A stretch of 54,348 nucleotides of DNA from Paraglaciecola psychrophila. Its GTDB lineage: Bacteria > Pseudomonadota > Gammaproteobacteria > Pseudomonadales > Dasaniaceae. The stretch covers positions 1-54,348 of the forward strand of contig JBLHLU010000001.1 in the NCBI GenBank assembly GCA_047623385.1, given 5' to 3'. Shown here piece after piece: positions 1 through 9,388 of the stretch. The translations under genes and the position numbers were made by a program. Within the stretch, counting starts at the first letter, position 1; each line of letters opens with the position of its first letter. The notes beneath the pieces were generated by a model. It did no database searches, was not told the origin of the DNA, and saw nothing but the letters and a program-made list of their open reading frames with translations.

Positions 1-1680
1 GAATACGCGCCAATGATGCGCGAACAGATGGGTTTAGCTGATAGGCTAGCCGATATTGCACCGGTGCCTAGTCAGGCTGCCGATTCCTTAGCCGTCAGTA
101 ACACACCGCGCCCGGTGGTCATCGTCGGCGCTGGGGTCAGTGGTATCGCCCTCGGCGCAACGCTGCAAGAATTGGGTATCCCGTTTATTATCGTCGAGCG
201 CAATAGCGAAGTGGGCGGCACTTGGTGGCAAAATACCTACCCCGGTTGCGGCGTTGACACCCCCAACCATGCCTATTCCTTTTCCTTTGGTGAACGCTAC
301 CGCTGGAGTCGCTATTTTGCCCCGCAAACGCAATTGCAGGACTACATGGAAAAGACTGCTACCGCTCTGGGTCTGCGCCAACATATTCACTTTAACACCG
401 AATTTAAACGCGGCAGTTGGGATGCACAAAAGCAATGTTGGTCGGTCACAATAACTAGTGCTAGCGGCAGCAAGCAGATCGACGCGCTGGCACTGATTAC
501 CGCCATTGGCCAGTTTAGCCAGCCCGCTATTCCCGACTTTGACGGCGCCGAGACCTTTGCCGGCGAGTTGTTTCACACGGCTAATTGGCCCACCGGGTTA
601 GATCTTGCCGGCAAACGCGTAGCCATTATTGGCACCGGTGCCTCGGCTATGCAAATCGTGCCTAACATCGCAGATCAAGTCGCCTCGCTAACTATTTTCC
701 AGCGCGGCGCCCAATGGGCGCGGTCCATACCGCGTTATCACGATTCTATTTCACCCGCCGGTCAGTGGCTGTTGGCGCATCTACCGTATTACGCCCGCTG
801 GTTTCGCTTTACTATGTTTTGGCGCTACGGCGACGGCCTACTGCCCTCGTTGCACAAAGATCCAGACTGGCCACACCCAGAGCGCTCACTCAACCGCGCC
901 AACGACCGCCACCGCCAAGAAATCACCGATCATATCCATCACATCCTTGGCAACCGCAGCGACTTAATCGAAAAATGTCTGCCCGACTACCCTCCTTACG
1001 GCAAGCGTATTTTGCTGGATAACGGCTGGTATGAGGCGCTGTTAAAACCACAGGTTGAGTTAGTGACCGAGGCCTTAGACCGCATCGACGCCGGCGGTAT
1101 TCACAGCCGGGACGGTCAGTATCGCGAGGTGGATATTATTATTTTGTCTACCGGCTTCCAGGTAAGCCAGCTGAGCGCGCGCCTCGATATTGTTGGCCGT
1201 GAGGGTATTAGTCTGGCTCAGCAGTGGGCCCCGGACAATCCCAAGGCACACTTAGGCATTACCGTACCGGGCTTTCCCAACTTATTTTGCACCCAGGGCC
1301 CCAATACCGGCCTCGGCCACGGTGGCAGCGCCATTTTTCAGTCCGAGTGCCAGTCCCGGTATATCGGTGCCTGCCTAGCCAAAATGCACCACAACAAGAT
1401 TAGCAGCATCGAGGTCAAGCAATCGGTGCAAGACGACTATGTCGCCACCGTCGACGCCGAGCACGAAAAAATGATCTGGACTCACCGCGGTATGTCGACC
1501 TACTACCGCAACGCTCGGGGACGGGTAGTCACAGTTATGCCCTGGCGTCTGGTAGACTATTGGCGCATGACCCACGACCCAGATTTTGACCAGTATATGC
1601 TAGCCGGCGCAGCGCAATTAACCCCCTCGGTAGCGAGCCCAGTCCAGCCGCACAACACCGCAGCGAATAATCCGCAATAG
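1..1680 (+). CDS. Flavin-containing monooxygenase, Baeyer-Villiger type (HAPMO-like), 5'-truncated by the window edge
   Basis: Frame is open from base 1 (EYAPMMREQMG...). Two Rossmann motifs GAGVSG and GTGASA, BVMO fingerprint FAGELFHTANWP (FxGxxxHxxxWP), and GGTWWQNTYPGC. Confidence 0.88.
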   Translation, partial: EYAPMMREQMGLADRLADIAPVPSQAADSLAVSNTPRPVVIVGAGVSGIALGATLQELGIPFIIVERNSEVGGTWWQNTYPGCGVDTPNHAYSFSFGERYRWSRYFAPQTQLQDYMEKTATALGLRQHIHFNTEFKRGSWDAQKQCWSVTITSASGSKQIDALALITAIGQFSQPAIPDFDGAETFAGELFHTANWPTGLDLAGKRVAIIGTGASAMQIVPNIADQVASLTIFQRGAQWARSIPRYHDSISPAGQWLLAHLPYYARWFRFTMFWRYGDGLLPSLHKDPDWPHPERSLNRANDRHRQEITDHIHHILGNRSDLIEKCLPDYPPYGKRILLDNGWYEALLKPQVELVTEALDRIDAGGIHSRDGQYREVDIIILSTGFQVSQLSARLDIVGREGISLAQQWAPDNPKAHLGITVPGFPNLFCTQGPNTGLGHGGSAIFQSECQSRYIGACLAKMHHNKISSIEVKQSVQDDYVATVDAEHEKMIWTHRGMSTYYRNARGRVVTVMPWRLVDYWRMTHDPDFDQYMLAGAAQLTPSVASPVQPHNTAANNPQ

Positions 1681-1689
1681 AGATGTAGT

Positions 1690-3231
1690 ATGCCAGCACC
1701 CCAACAGCTCCTAGACAGTACCCCCATTATTATCGGTGTCGGTCAGATTACCGAACAACCCTTGGCACTAGAGCAGTGCTCCTCGCCAGTCGACCTAATC
1801 GAGGCCGCGGTATTAGCCGCGGCAGACGATGCCGGTATCAGCCGGCAGTGTCTAGCCCAGATCGACGAACTGGTACTAGTGCGTGGCTTTCGGGAATTCA
1901 CCCGCAATTCTCCCGAAGCGCTGGCCCAGCGTATCAATGCCAGCGCCGCACGCTGCTGGATAACGCCCAATGGTGGCAACGCCCCGCAATATTTGATCAA
2001 CCGCTATGCCCAGGCCATTGCCAACGGCGAGCATAGCATGGTGCTGGTAGCCGGTAGTGAGGCTATGGATACCAGCCGACGCTTGCACAAGGCCGGTATC
2101 AAGCCAGACTGGGCTCAGCCAAGCGACAGCGATCCGGCGCTGTTATACCCCGATCGAGCTATGGCCAGCGCCCATGAACAGGCGCAGGGTATTGTGCTGC
2201 CGAGTAATATCTACGCACTCTTTGAAAATGCCCTGCGCCAGCACTATGGCCACAGCATCGAAGAGCACCAGCGCGCGCTGGGAGAGTTATTTGCGCCCTT
2301 TAGCGCCGCCGCCGCGCGCTCACCTCACGCTTGGTACCCGATCGAGCGCAGTGCCGCGGAGATCGCCACTGCCACCGAGGCCAACCGCTATGTCGGCTGG
2401 CCGTATACCAAATACATGAACGCAATGAACCAAATTAATCAGTCCGCGGCGCTATTGCTGACCTCGGTCGGCCACGCCAGAACATTGGGCGTTGCTGAAG
2501 ACCAGTGGGTTTATCTACACGGCTGTGCCGATGTCCAGGAAAAATGGCAGGTCAGCGAGCGCGTCAATTACCACAGTTCGCCAGCTATTAAACTGTTGGG
2601 GGAGCAAGCCCTGGCAATGGCCAACAAATCCATCGATCAGATCGACTTTGTCGACCTCTATTCCTGCTTCCCCAGCGCTGTGCAAATAGCGCGGGATGAA
2701 CTGGGTATAGCCACAGACGACCCGCGGCCGCTAACGATTACTGGCGGCCTGCCCTTTCACGGTGGTGCCGGCAACAATTATGTCATGAATTCGATTGCCG
2801 CAATGGTCGCCAAGCTGCGTCAGCATCGCGGTAAATATGGGCTGGTTACCGCCAACGGCGGGTTTCTAACCAAGCATTCCGCCGGCATCTATTCCACCGC
2901 TGCGCCCCTCGGCCAATGGCAGCGCCGCGAGCCCAGCGATTATCAGCCCCTAGTTGACAACCTAGCGCAGCCGCCCTATGTCGAAAAACCCAGCGGCCGC
3001 GCGGTGATTGAAACCTATACCGTCACCTTCGATCGCGGCAATAACCCGGAAATGGCTATTATTATCGGCCGCCTAGGCGATGGTAGTGATGCCATGGCAC
3101 CGCGATTTATCGCTCAAACCACCCGCGACGATGCACAAATGTTAGCCATGACCCAACAAAACTTCATCGGTCGTAGCGGCACTGTCGACTCGAGCGACAG
3201 TATTAATATTTTTCACCCTCAGAACTTATAG
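1690..3231 (+). CDS. Thiolase-like protein (acetyl-CoA acetyltransferase family, non-canonical)
   Basis: PIIIGVGQ N-terminus, DLYSCFPSAV and LTITGGLPFHGGAGNNY motifs. Starts 9 nt after the BVMO stop. Confidence 0.8.
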   Translation: MPAPQQLLDSTPIIIGVGQITEQPLALEQCSSPVDLIEAAVLAAADDAGISRQCLAQIDELVLVRGFREFTRNSPEALAQRINASAARCWITPNGGNAPQYLINRYAQAIANGEHSMVLVAGSEAMDTSRRLHKAGIKPDWAQPSDSDPALLYPDRAMASAHEQAQGIVLPSNIYALFENALRQHYGHSIEEHQRALGELFAPFSAAAARSPHAWYPIERSAAEIATATEANRYVGWPYTKYMNAMNQINQSAALLLTSVGHARTLGVAEDQWVYLHGCADVQEKWQVSERVNYHSSPAIKLLGEQALAMANKSIDQIDFVDLYSCFPSAVQIARDELGIATDDPRPLTITGGLPFHGGAGNNYVMNSIAAMVAKLRQHRGKYGLVTANGGFLTKHSAGIYSTAAPLGQWQRREPSDYQPLVDNLAQPPYVEKPSGRAVIETYTVTFDRGNNPEMAIIIGRLGDGSDAMAPRFIAQTTRDDAQMLAMTQQNFIGRSGTVDSSDSINIFHPQNL

Positions 3232-3264
3232 CTATTTACTAGCAGACTAACAAGGACAAACACC

Positions 3265-4452
3265 ATGCGAATCTTGCTCTATATGCTCATTGCTATAGCC
3301 GCTACTATCGGTATTAGTCTGGTTTATTTTAACCAGCCCGTCAGTTCGCCACCCACTGCGGCACTGTCTGCAGAGGTATTAGCTGCGCTGCCACAAAACC
3401 GCAAAGGCCAGGTATTAATCTACGGCGCCTATGGCTTTACCGGTGCCGGTATCTCACGACTAGCGGCAGACTATGGCGTGGTGCCGGTGTTGGCCGGGCG
3501 CAACGAGAGCAAGCTAAAGCCACTGGCACAAGAGTTGGGCTACGACTACGTGGTACTGTCGCTGGACAACCCCGACAACCTAGTCAAAGTACTGCAACAC
3601 TTTGAGTTGGTATTGCATATTGCTGGTCCCTATACCTACACCTCAAAACCAATGTTAGACGCCGCGGTCGCCACCGGTACCCACTATTTAGATATCACCG
3701 GTGAAAACCATGTGATCGAGGCGCAACTGCAACGCGATGAGGAATTCAAACAGGCCAATATTATGGTAATGCCTGCGGTTGGCTATGATGTGGTACCTAC
3801 CGACTGCCTCAATCTCTATGTTGCGCAGCAAGTTGATCAAGCCAATAAACTAACTGTGTTGATGAACGGTAATTACAATGGTGTAGCCGGTGCTGGCCTC
3901 AGTCGCGGTACTGCCAAGTCGGGACTAGAAATACTCTCCAGACCACAACTAATGCGTCAGAACGGTGAAATGGTGCAAGTCGATGCGGCAAAAATCATCT
4001 CGCGGGTACAAGACGGCCGTGAACAAACCTTGGTACAAATTCCCTGGGCCGATATGATGACCAGCTTTGTCAGTACTGGCATTCCCACTATTGAGGTTTA
4101 TCAAGTTCAGGAAGGCACTATACCCAGCTGGCTACCGCGGGTAGCTCAATACCCGGTTGGCCGTCGGTTGCTGTCTTGGCTAATCGACAAGAATTTTCCG
4201 CCGGGGCCTCCGCCTGGTGCGCAGCAAAATCGTCAGACCCGCATTGTCTCTACTGCCAGTAACGCGTCTGGTGATTCAGCCACCGCCACACTGATTACCC
4301 CGGAGGCGTATCTGCTAACGTTTCACAGCACACTTATTGTGGTTAAGCGGGTATTGGCAGGCGATTGGCAAGCCGGCTTCCAAACAGTAGCGCAGGTCTA
4401 TGGAGCTGATCTGGTACTGGAAGTACCTGGCACCCGCCGCGAAGACGGCTGA
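3265..4452 (+). CDS. Saccharopine dehydrogenase-like / trans-acting enoyl reductase family oxidoreductase with an N-terminal hydrophobic anchor
   Basis: IYGAYGFTG, LAGRN, AGPY, HYLDITGE and GYDVVPTD motifs. AAGGA SD upstream. Confidence 0.8.
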   Translation: MRILLYMLIAIAATIGISLVYFNQPVSSPPTAALSAEVLAALPQNRKGQVLIYGAYGFTGAGISRLAADYGVVPVLAGRNESKLKPLAQELGYDYVVLSLDNPDNLVKVLQHFELVLHIAGPYTYTSKPMLDAAVATGTHYLDITGENHVIEAQLQRDEEFKQANIMVMPAVGYDVVPTDCLNLYVAQQVDQANKLTVLMNGNYNGVAGAGLSRGTAKSGLEILSRPQLMRQNGEMVQVDAAKIISRVQDGREQTLVQIPWADMMTSFVSTGIPTIEVYQVQEGTIPSWLPRVAQYPVGRRLLSWLIDKNFPPGPPPGAQQNRQTRIVSTASNASGDSATATLITPEAYLLTFHSTLIVVKRVLAGDWQAGFQTVAQVYGADLVLEVPGTRREDG

Positions 4453-4696
4453 AGTTGGCCTATCATCAACCACTAGTACAACGGCTACAGCCACAGTAAT
4501 AGCGCTTGCTTAATAAGGGTTTGGCTACCGGTGGCAGTGCTGGCAACAGCAACGGGGCAAGACAGCTGCCGGGGCAGTTAAGACCTGGTAATACCTGGCG
4601 AAGAGTAGATTGCTGTGGATTGCCTGGAGGGTTTTAGTGGGCTGCTGGCCGAGTCAAAACCTGCGCTACAAAAAAGGAGGTTATCTGTTTATCTAG

Positions 4697-4727
4697 CTAC
4701 CTGTCTGTCTACCTGTCTGTCTACCTG
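4697..4727. repeat. 12-bp tandem repeat CTACCTGTCTGT x2.6
   Basis: Read directly: copies at 4697-4708 and 4709-4720, partial copy at 4721-4727. Confidence 0.85.
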
Positions 4728-4749
4728 CCTAACTAACCGCAACTACTAA

Positions 4750-4959
4750 CTAGGCGTCCAAATCGGGGATCAACATCGACTGTAAAACCAATATATTCTC
4801 TTTAATGCGCAACTTCTGCCGCTTCAGCCGCTGCAGATAAAGTTGGTCGTTATGAGGGTACTCACACTGAAGGTGGTCGATCTCTTGATCGAGGGCGCGG
4901 TGCTGAGTTTTGAGTACCAGCAATTGCGCAGAGAGTGAGGGGGGTTGTTGGTAGTCCAT
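4750..4959 (-). CDS. YdcH/DUF465 family small coiled-coil protein
   Basis: Pattern HRALDQEI...LQRLKRQKLRIKE...IPDLDA is typical of DUF465. Confidence 0.85.
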   Translation of the reverse strand: MDYQQPPSLSAQLLVLKTQHRALDQEIDHLQCEYPHNDQLYLQRLKRQKLRIKENILVLQSMLIPDLDA

Positions 4960-5048
4960 GCGCTCGAATTTAACGGCTTAAACGCCAGAACACAAGAGCT
5001 ATTGCTAAAGTGACAGTGATTAAACCGCGATCTAGCCCGGCGCTGAAA

Positions 5049-6161
5049 TCAGCGCTGTTGCACAAGCCTTGCATCGACGAAGCTTTTGATCGATTTTTGT
5101 CCCTGTATATCCATTGAAGTAAACTCAAGACTGCATAAAACTCCCTCTGCGCAGGGTTCTGACTTGAGCACTCGGGCATAAATACTGGTAGTTTCTGTGC
5201 CCAGTAGCTGCAGTGATACAGCCATTTTAATTTCCGAGAATGCGGCCAGCGCAACCGCGCTATACATCGACAATCCGTTGTAACTTAAGTCAACCACCCC
5301 ACCTTTAAGTTGTTCTTCCAACACCGACTTGCCCTGTAGGCACTGAAAGTAACAGGGCATATCAATCGCCACCCGGGGGCTTTTGCGAATTTCTCGGCGC
5401 GGCACTGACAGCGGCCGCGGCTTAGTAATGCCGACTAATTCGTATAGGCAGACGGGCTCTCTTTTGCCTTTCACTTGCACATAACTGGGCTCACCAACGG
5501 TGACAAAGTCCTGCACTAGAGCATAGGTTTTGTTGCTGATCAGTACTTGTCCGCGCAGGCTCTGGGCCTCAATCCTCGACGCCAGGTTGACCTCGTCACC
5601 GATAACCGTATATTCACGGTGGTAGTCTGAGCCCAGCGCACCTGCCATAACTTGGCCGGTGTTAATACCGATGCCCATAAAAATTTCTGGTAGTCCCAGT
5701 GCTTTATTTTCTTCATTTAGCGCCGACATCGCGCGCTGCATTTCGACCGCGCAAAGCACCGCCTGTTGTTCATCATGCTCGCTAGAGAGTGGCACCCCAA
5801 ACAGCGCCATAATCGAGTCGCCCATCAACTTATCAATGGTGCCGCCACAGCGAACAATGATTTCGGTCATACTGGCAAAATACCGGTTGAGCATATTCAT
5901 CACTGTAATTGCCGAATAGGTCTCAGCCAAAGCAGTAAAACCGCGTATGTCGGAAATTAAAATAGTGACCCGCCGGGTGATAGGAACCGTGTCCTGACGA
6001 TCGTGTTCAATCAGCAAGGCCTCAACCCTGGCTCGCAGTGCGCCGCCACTAACAGCAGCGTTACCAGCACCGCTGCTGCTTTCAGAGCCCGCTTGAGCAA
6101 GCTCAATCTCGCTACAAATTTTTCCCGCTAACTGCTTAAACTCGGTGGTGTTGATCGCCAT
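5049..6161 (-). CDS. Class III adenylate/guanylate cyclase fused to a C-terminal PilZ domain
   Basis: Cyclase motifs ISDIRGFT, IDKLMGDSIMA, GIGINTG and YTVIGDEVNLASRIE. PilZ motifs RKSPR (RxxxR) and DLSYNG (DxSxxG). AGGAG lies 6 nt before the ATG at 6161. Confidence 0.85.
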   Translation of the reverse strand: MAINTTEFKQLAGKICSEIELAQAGSESSSGAGNAAVSGGALRARVEALLIEHDRQDTVPITRRVTILISDIRGFTALAETYSAITVMNMLNRYFASMTEIIVRCGGTIDKLMGDSIMALFGVPLSSEHDEQQAVLCAVEMQRAMSALNEENKALGLPEIFMGIGINTGQVMAGALGSDYHREYTVIGDEVNLASRIEAQSLRGQVLISNKTYALVQDFVTVGEPSYVQVKGKREPVCLYELVGITKPRPLSVPRREIRKSPRVAIDMPCYFQCLQGKSVLEEQLKGGVVDLSYNGLSMYSAVALAAFSEIKMAVSLQLLGTETTSIYARVLKSEPCAEGVLCSLEFTSMDIQGQKSIKSFVDARLVQQR

Positions 6162-6291
6162 TGCCAACTCCTATTGCGCTGTTGATAACAAAACCCGGCC
6201 ATTGAATCCTAATGACCGATAGCCCGTTGTGCGGCCTTTATTATTAATGCCCCGGTTTTTCACTGGGGGTTTTCTCTAGCAATTATGCTTA

Positions 6292-7005
6292 TCAGTGCAA
6301 ACAACATTTGGCAAAGACGATACCACTACCACAGGGGCACAGGGTGTCCCGAGGTACTGGCTCCAACGCCAAAAACATCTGCTCAGAATTCATTTCCCAC
6401 TTGATCTCGTCCCACTGCCCGGCCACCGCCGCGTAGACAGTCAATACCTTGCGCAATAACTCATAGGCCTCAGGCAGGTGGTCGTCAGTCAAATCCATGC
6501 CCTCCTCGAAAGACAGCTGACGAGCGTCGTCCAAATCAGCGAAGGTACTGGCCAGATTGAGTACGATGTCGACTTCCTTAGCGGTGTCGGCGTCGCTGAG
6601 ATCATGCAGTGCAATATCCCACAATTCCTCTAAATACATATGCCCCATTAACAAACCATCGCACCACTGGGCCAGTTCCGACTGCCAGTGATCAGAGTAA
6701 TCGGCATTAAAGGGAAGCTGCTGATTAACCCCCGCGGACTGCTCAATGTAGTCGGCCAAGGCTACCACCAACTGGTAAAACCCCCGGGCCTCTTCGCTAC
6801 TGTCAAACTGGGGCTCGTCATCGAGCCAAATCAACTCAAACCACTCCGAGGGTTTTATCGTCTCCGGCGCACAGGCTATCGCAAACAAAAAACCATACAA
6901 TTGATAATAGCTAAGTACCGCGTCGTTTTCATGCAGCCGCACTAGCGCCGCACGCAGGTCGCGCTCGCTGTGTTCACTGTAGATAAGCGTTTTTACAGGT
7001 TCCAC
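6292..7005 (-). CDS. UPF0149/YecA family protein with C-terminal SEC-C motif
   Basis: LYGFLFAIACAPETIKPSEW, WCDGLLMG and terminal CPCGSGIVFAKCC. A GTG start at 7005 follows the ribE stop by 1 nt. Confidence 0.8.
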   Translation of the reverse strand: MEPVKTLIYSEHSERDLRAALVRLHENDAVLSYYQLYGFLFAIACAPETIKPSEWFELIWLDDEPQFDSSEEARGFYQLVVALADYIEQSAGVNQQLPFNADYSDHWQSELAQWCDGLLMGHMYLEELWDIALHDLSDADTAKEVDIVLNLASTFADLDDARQLSFEEGMDLTDDHLPEAYELLRKVLTVYAAVAGQWDEIKWEMNSEQMFLALEPVPRDTLCPCGSGIVFAKCCLH

Positions 7006-7006
7006 G

Positions 7007-7639
7007 TTATCGCGCCGCCACCAAATGGGGATTGGCCAGTAAGAATCGTTCAACGGTATCGACTACGGTCTGAGTTTGTCGATCAATTTCAACGTTTAGC
7101 CGCTGGCCAACCACCTTGTCGCCATGGGTAGTGACACGCAGGGTTTCTGGGATATAACACACCTGAAAGCTGTTATTACTGCTATCGACATCCGCTACGG
7201 TAAGGCTGCAGCCATTGAGACCGACAAATCCCTTGGCAAAAATGTACTTCATGGTTTCAGGGGACACCTGATAGCGAATAAAACAATTATTTTCAGGTCG
7301 CTCAATGGCAATAACTTCGGCACAGCCATCGACATGGCCAGAGATAATGTGGCCGCCTATTTCGACACCTTGTTTGGCTGAGCGCTCAAGATTGACCCGA
7401 TCTGCACTGTTGAGTTCACCGAGGGTAGTCACCGCCAAGGTTTGTTGCATTACGTCAAAGCTGACCGCGGCACCGGCAATAGCGGTGACCGTTAGACAAA
7501 CTCCGTCGATGGCCACACTGGCACCGATTTCCAGCCCCTGCAATACGCTGGCCGGCAATTCAAAATTGAGTGTGTGCAAGCCCGGTTTCTGCTCGATGCT
7601 GCCCACTGCAAATTGACCCTGAACGATTCCTGTAAACAT
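7007..7639 (-). CDS. ribE: Riboflavin synthase (alpha chain)
   Basis: MFTGIV N-terminus, GASVAIDGVCLTV, GGHIISGHVD and NGCSLTV. Confidence 0.95.
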   Translation of the reverse strand: MFTGIVQGQFAVGSIEQKPGLHTLNFELPASVLQGLEIGASVAIDGVCLTVTAIAGAAVSFDVMQQTLAVTTLGELNSADRVNLERSAKQGVEIGGHIISGHVDGCAEVIAIERPENNCFIRYQVSPETMKYIFAKGFVGLNGCSLTVADVDSSNNSFQVCYIPETLRVTTHGDKVVGQRLNVEIDRQTQTVVDTVERFLLANPHLVAAR

Positions 7640-7891
7640 GCGTGCACTCTATCTAGTAAATAAAAGGCTATTCTACCGTTATGGAAGGCAGAAATATAAT
7701 ATCTATATTGTTAGACCCGCAGCGCAGGCAACCGCGCGCGGCAGCACTCAACACCACAACCAGCATTAGAATGCCCGGGGATACATTTATTCCGGCGCAC
7801 TCGCTCGACTATAGCAGCCACAAATATCGGGTGTTAGTAGCGCTAGCAAACTACACTGCTAACAGCGCGACGCGTAATAACGGAGATCCCT

Positions 7892-8101
7892 GTGAGCACA
7901 GACAGCCAGCAAAAAACCTTGCCAGTAAGCGGCCCAGTGAGCGGGCCGACGCCCAGTCCCTGTGTTCGCAACTGCTGTCTCAATGACGCGGATCAGTGTT
8001 TGGGCTGCGGTCGCTTGCTGGTCGAGATTTTGGCCTGGGGCAATGCCAGTGAAGCACGTCGCCAAGAGATTGCCGGCAAGGCCAAAGTGCGCCGGCAATA
8101 A
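7892..8101 (+). CDS. DUF1289 family small Cys-rich protein
   Basis: PSPCVRNCCLN..DQCLGCGRLLVEILAW pattern. Confidence 0.8.
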   Translation: MSTDSQQKTLPVSGPVSGPTPSPCVRNCCLNDADQCLGCGRLLVEILAWGNASEARRQEIAGKAKVRRQ

Positions 8102-8181
8102 TACGCAATTGATGCAATAACCACTGTAACTACGTTACCACAGCACTGCCCTGGCGTATGCTACGCTCTGCGGCAGTCGAC

Positions 8182-9339
8182 TTAGGTCCACACCGCCCGG
8201 TACAGCTGCTCAATCTCTAGAGCGGTCGGTATCTTGGGGTTGTTGTTGGGTGAACCCGAGGCCAGCGCCTGTTCCGCCATGGTGCCCAGCGAGGCGAAAT
8301 AATGCTCTTGGTCAATGCCAAATGCGGCCGGACTGGGCACGCTGAGATCTTCGTTGAGTTGATACAAGCCCACCACCAGAGCAGCCCCGGCAGTGGTATC
8401 ACTGTCACTACCACTGGCAAAGCCCATCGCTCGAGCGCAGTCGGCATAGCGCTTGGGTGCCCCGGGCAGCGAGAATTCAGTCACTGCCGGCATTAACATG
8501 GCATTGCTCATACCGTGGGGGACATGGTAGAAAGCACCAATCGGCCGACTCATGCCGTGAATGAGCGTCACCGAGGCATTGGAAAAGGCCATCCCGCCCC
8601 AAGTCGCCGCCAGCATCATTGCCTCTCTGACCACCCTATTGTCCGGCTCGTTGCAGGCCTGACGGATATTACTGGTAATAGCCGTCATCGCTGCCAGCGC
8701 GACACTGTCGGTAAAGGGGTTGGCTTTTTTACTGACGTAGGCCTCCATGGCGTGACACAAACTGTCGATACCGGTATCGGCGGTGAGCCGGTAGGGCATC
8801 GATAAGGTCAATTCATAGTCCACTATGGCTGCCACCGGCATCAGACCATAACCCATGCAGAGCATTTTTTCCTGGCTGTCACCGTCGGTTATGATAGTCG
8901 CCCGGGTGGCCTCAGAGCCGGTGCCAGCGGTGGTGGGGATGGCGATAATCGGCACCCCCCGGGGCACTGGATTAGGTACTTTATAGTCGCGCATAGTGCC
9001 ACCGTGGAGTGCTAGCACAGCAATGGCCTTGGCCGAGTCGATCGAACTGCCGCCACCCAGGGCCACCACACAGTCGTAGTCGCCGCTGTGCCAACTGGCC
9101 ATACCGGCGGCGATTGAATCGGTGGTTGGATCGGGTACGCAATCTGCAAACACGCCGCAACTGACTCCCGCGGCGCTCAGATTACTGACCACCGCTGCCA
9201 CGTAACCGCTGTCGCGCATAAAAGCATCGGTCACCAACAGCGGTTTTGCCACTGACAATTGCGTCAGTACCTCGGGTAGTTTGGCACTGGCACCGGCGCC
9301 AATACGCATTATTTGGGGTAAATAAATTGCCGCTGTCAT
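8182..9339 (-). CDS. Iron-containing alcohol dehydrogenase
   Basis: GGGSSIDSAK and PTTAGTGSE, plus metal ligands DSLCHAME, HGMS and HVPHG. Confidence 0.92.
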   Translation of the reverse strand: MTAAIYLPQIMRIGAGASAKLPEVLTQLSVAKPLLVTDAFMRDSGYVAAVVSNLSAAGVSCGVFADCVPDPTTDSIAAGMASWHSGDYDCVVALGGGSSIDSAKAIAVLALHGGTMRDYKVPNPVPRGVPIIAIPTTAGTGSEATRATIITDGDSQEKMLCMGYGLMPVAAIVDYELTLSMPYRLTADTGIDSLCHAMEAYVSKKANPFTDSVALAAMTAITSNIRQACNEPDNRVVREAMMLAATWGGMAFSNASVTLIHGMSRPIGAFYHVPHGMSNAMLMPAVTEFSLPGAPKRYADCARAMGFASGSDSDTTAGAALVVGLYQLNEDLSVPSPAAFGIDQEHYFASLGTMAEQALASGSPNNNPKIPTALEIEQLYRAVWT

Positions 9340-9388
9340 GGTTGCACTCCCTCAATTACAAAGTATGGTGTAGCCGTTTGTGCGGCGG

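Noticed and set aside
4970-5254. 94-aa minus-strand ORF overlapping the cyclase-PilZ 3' end
   Set aside because: Alternate-frame shadow with no motifs.
7640-7891. FMN riboswitch upstream of ribE, and the 7681-7986 ORF
   Set aside because: No RFN consensus segments recognised on the minus strand. The ORF has no protein-like features and overlaps the DUF1289 gene.
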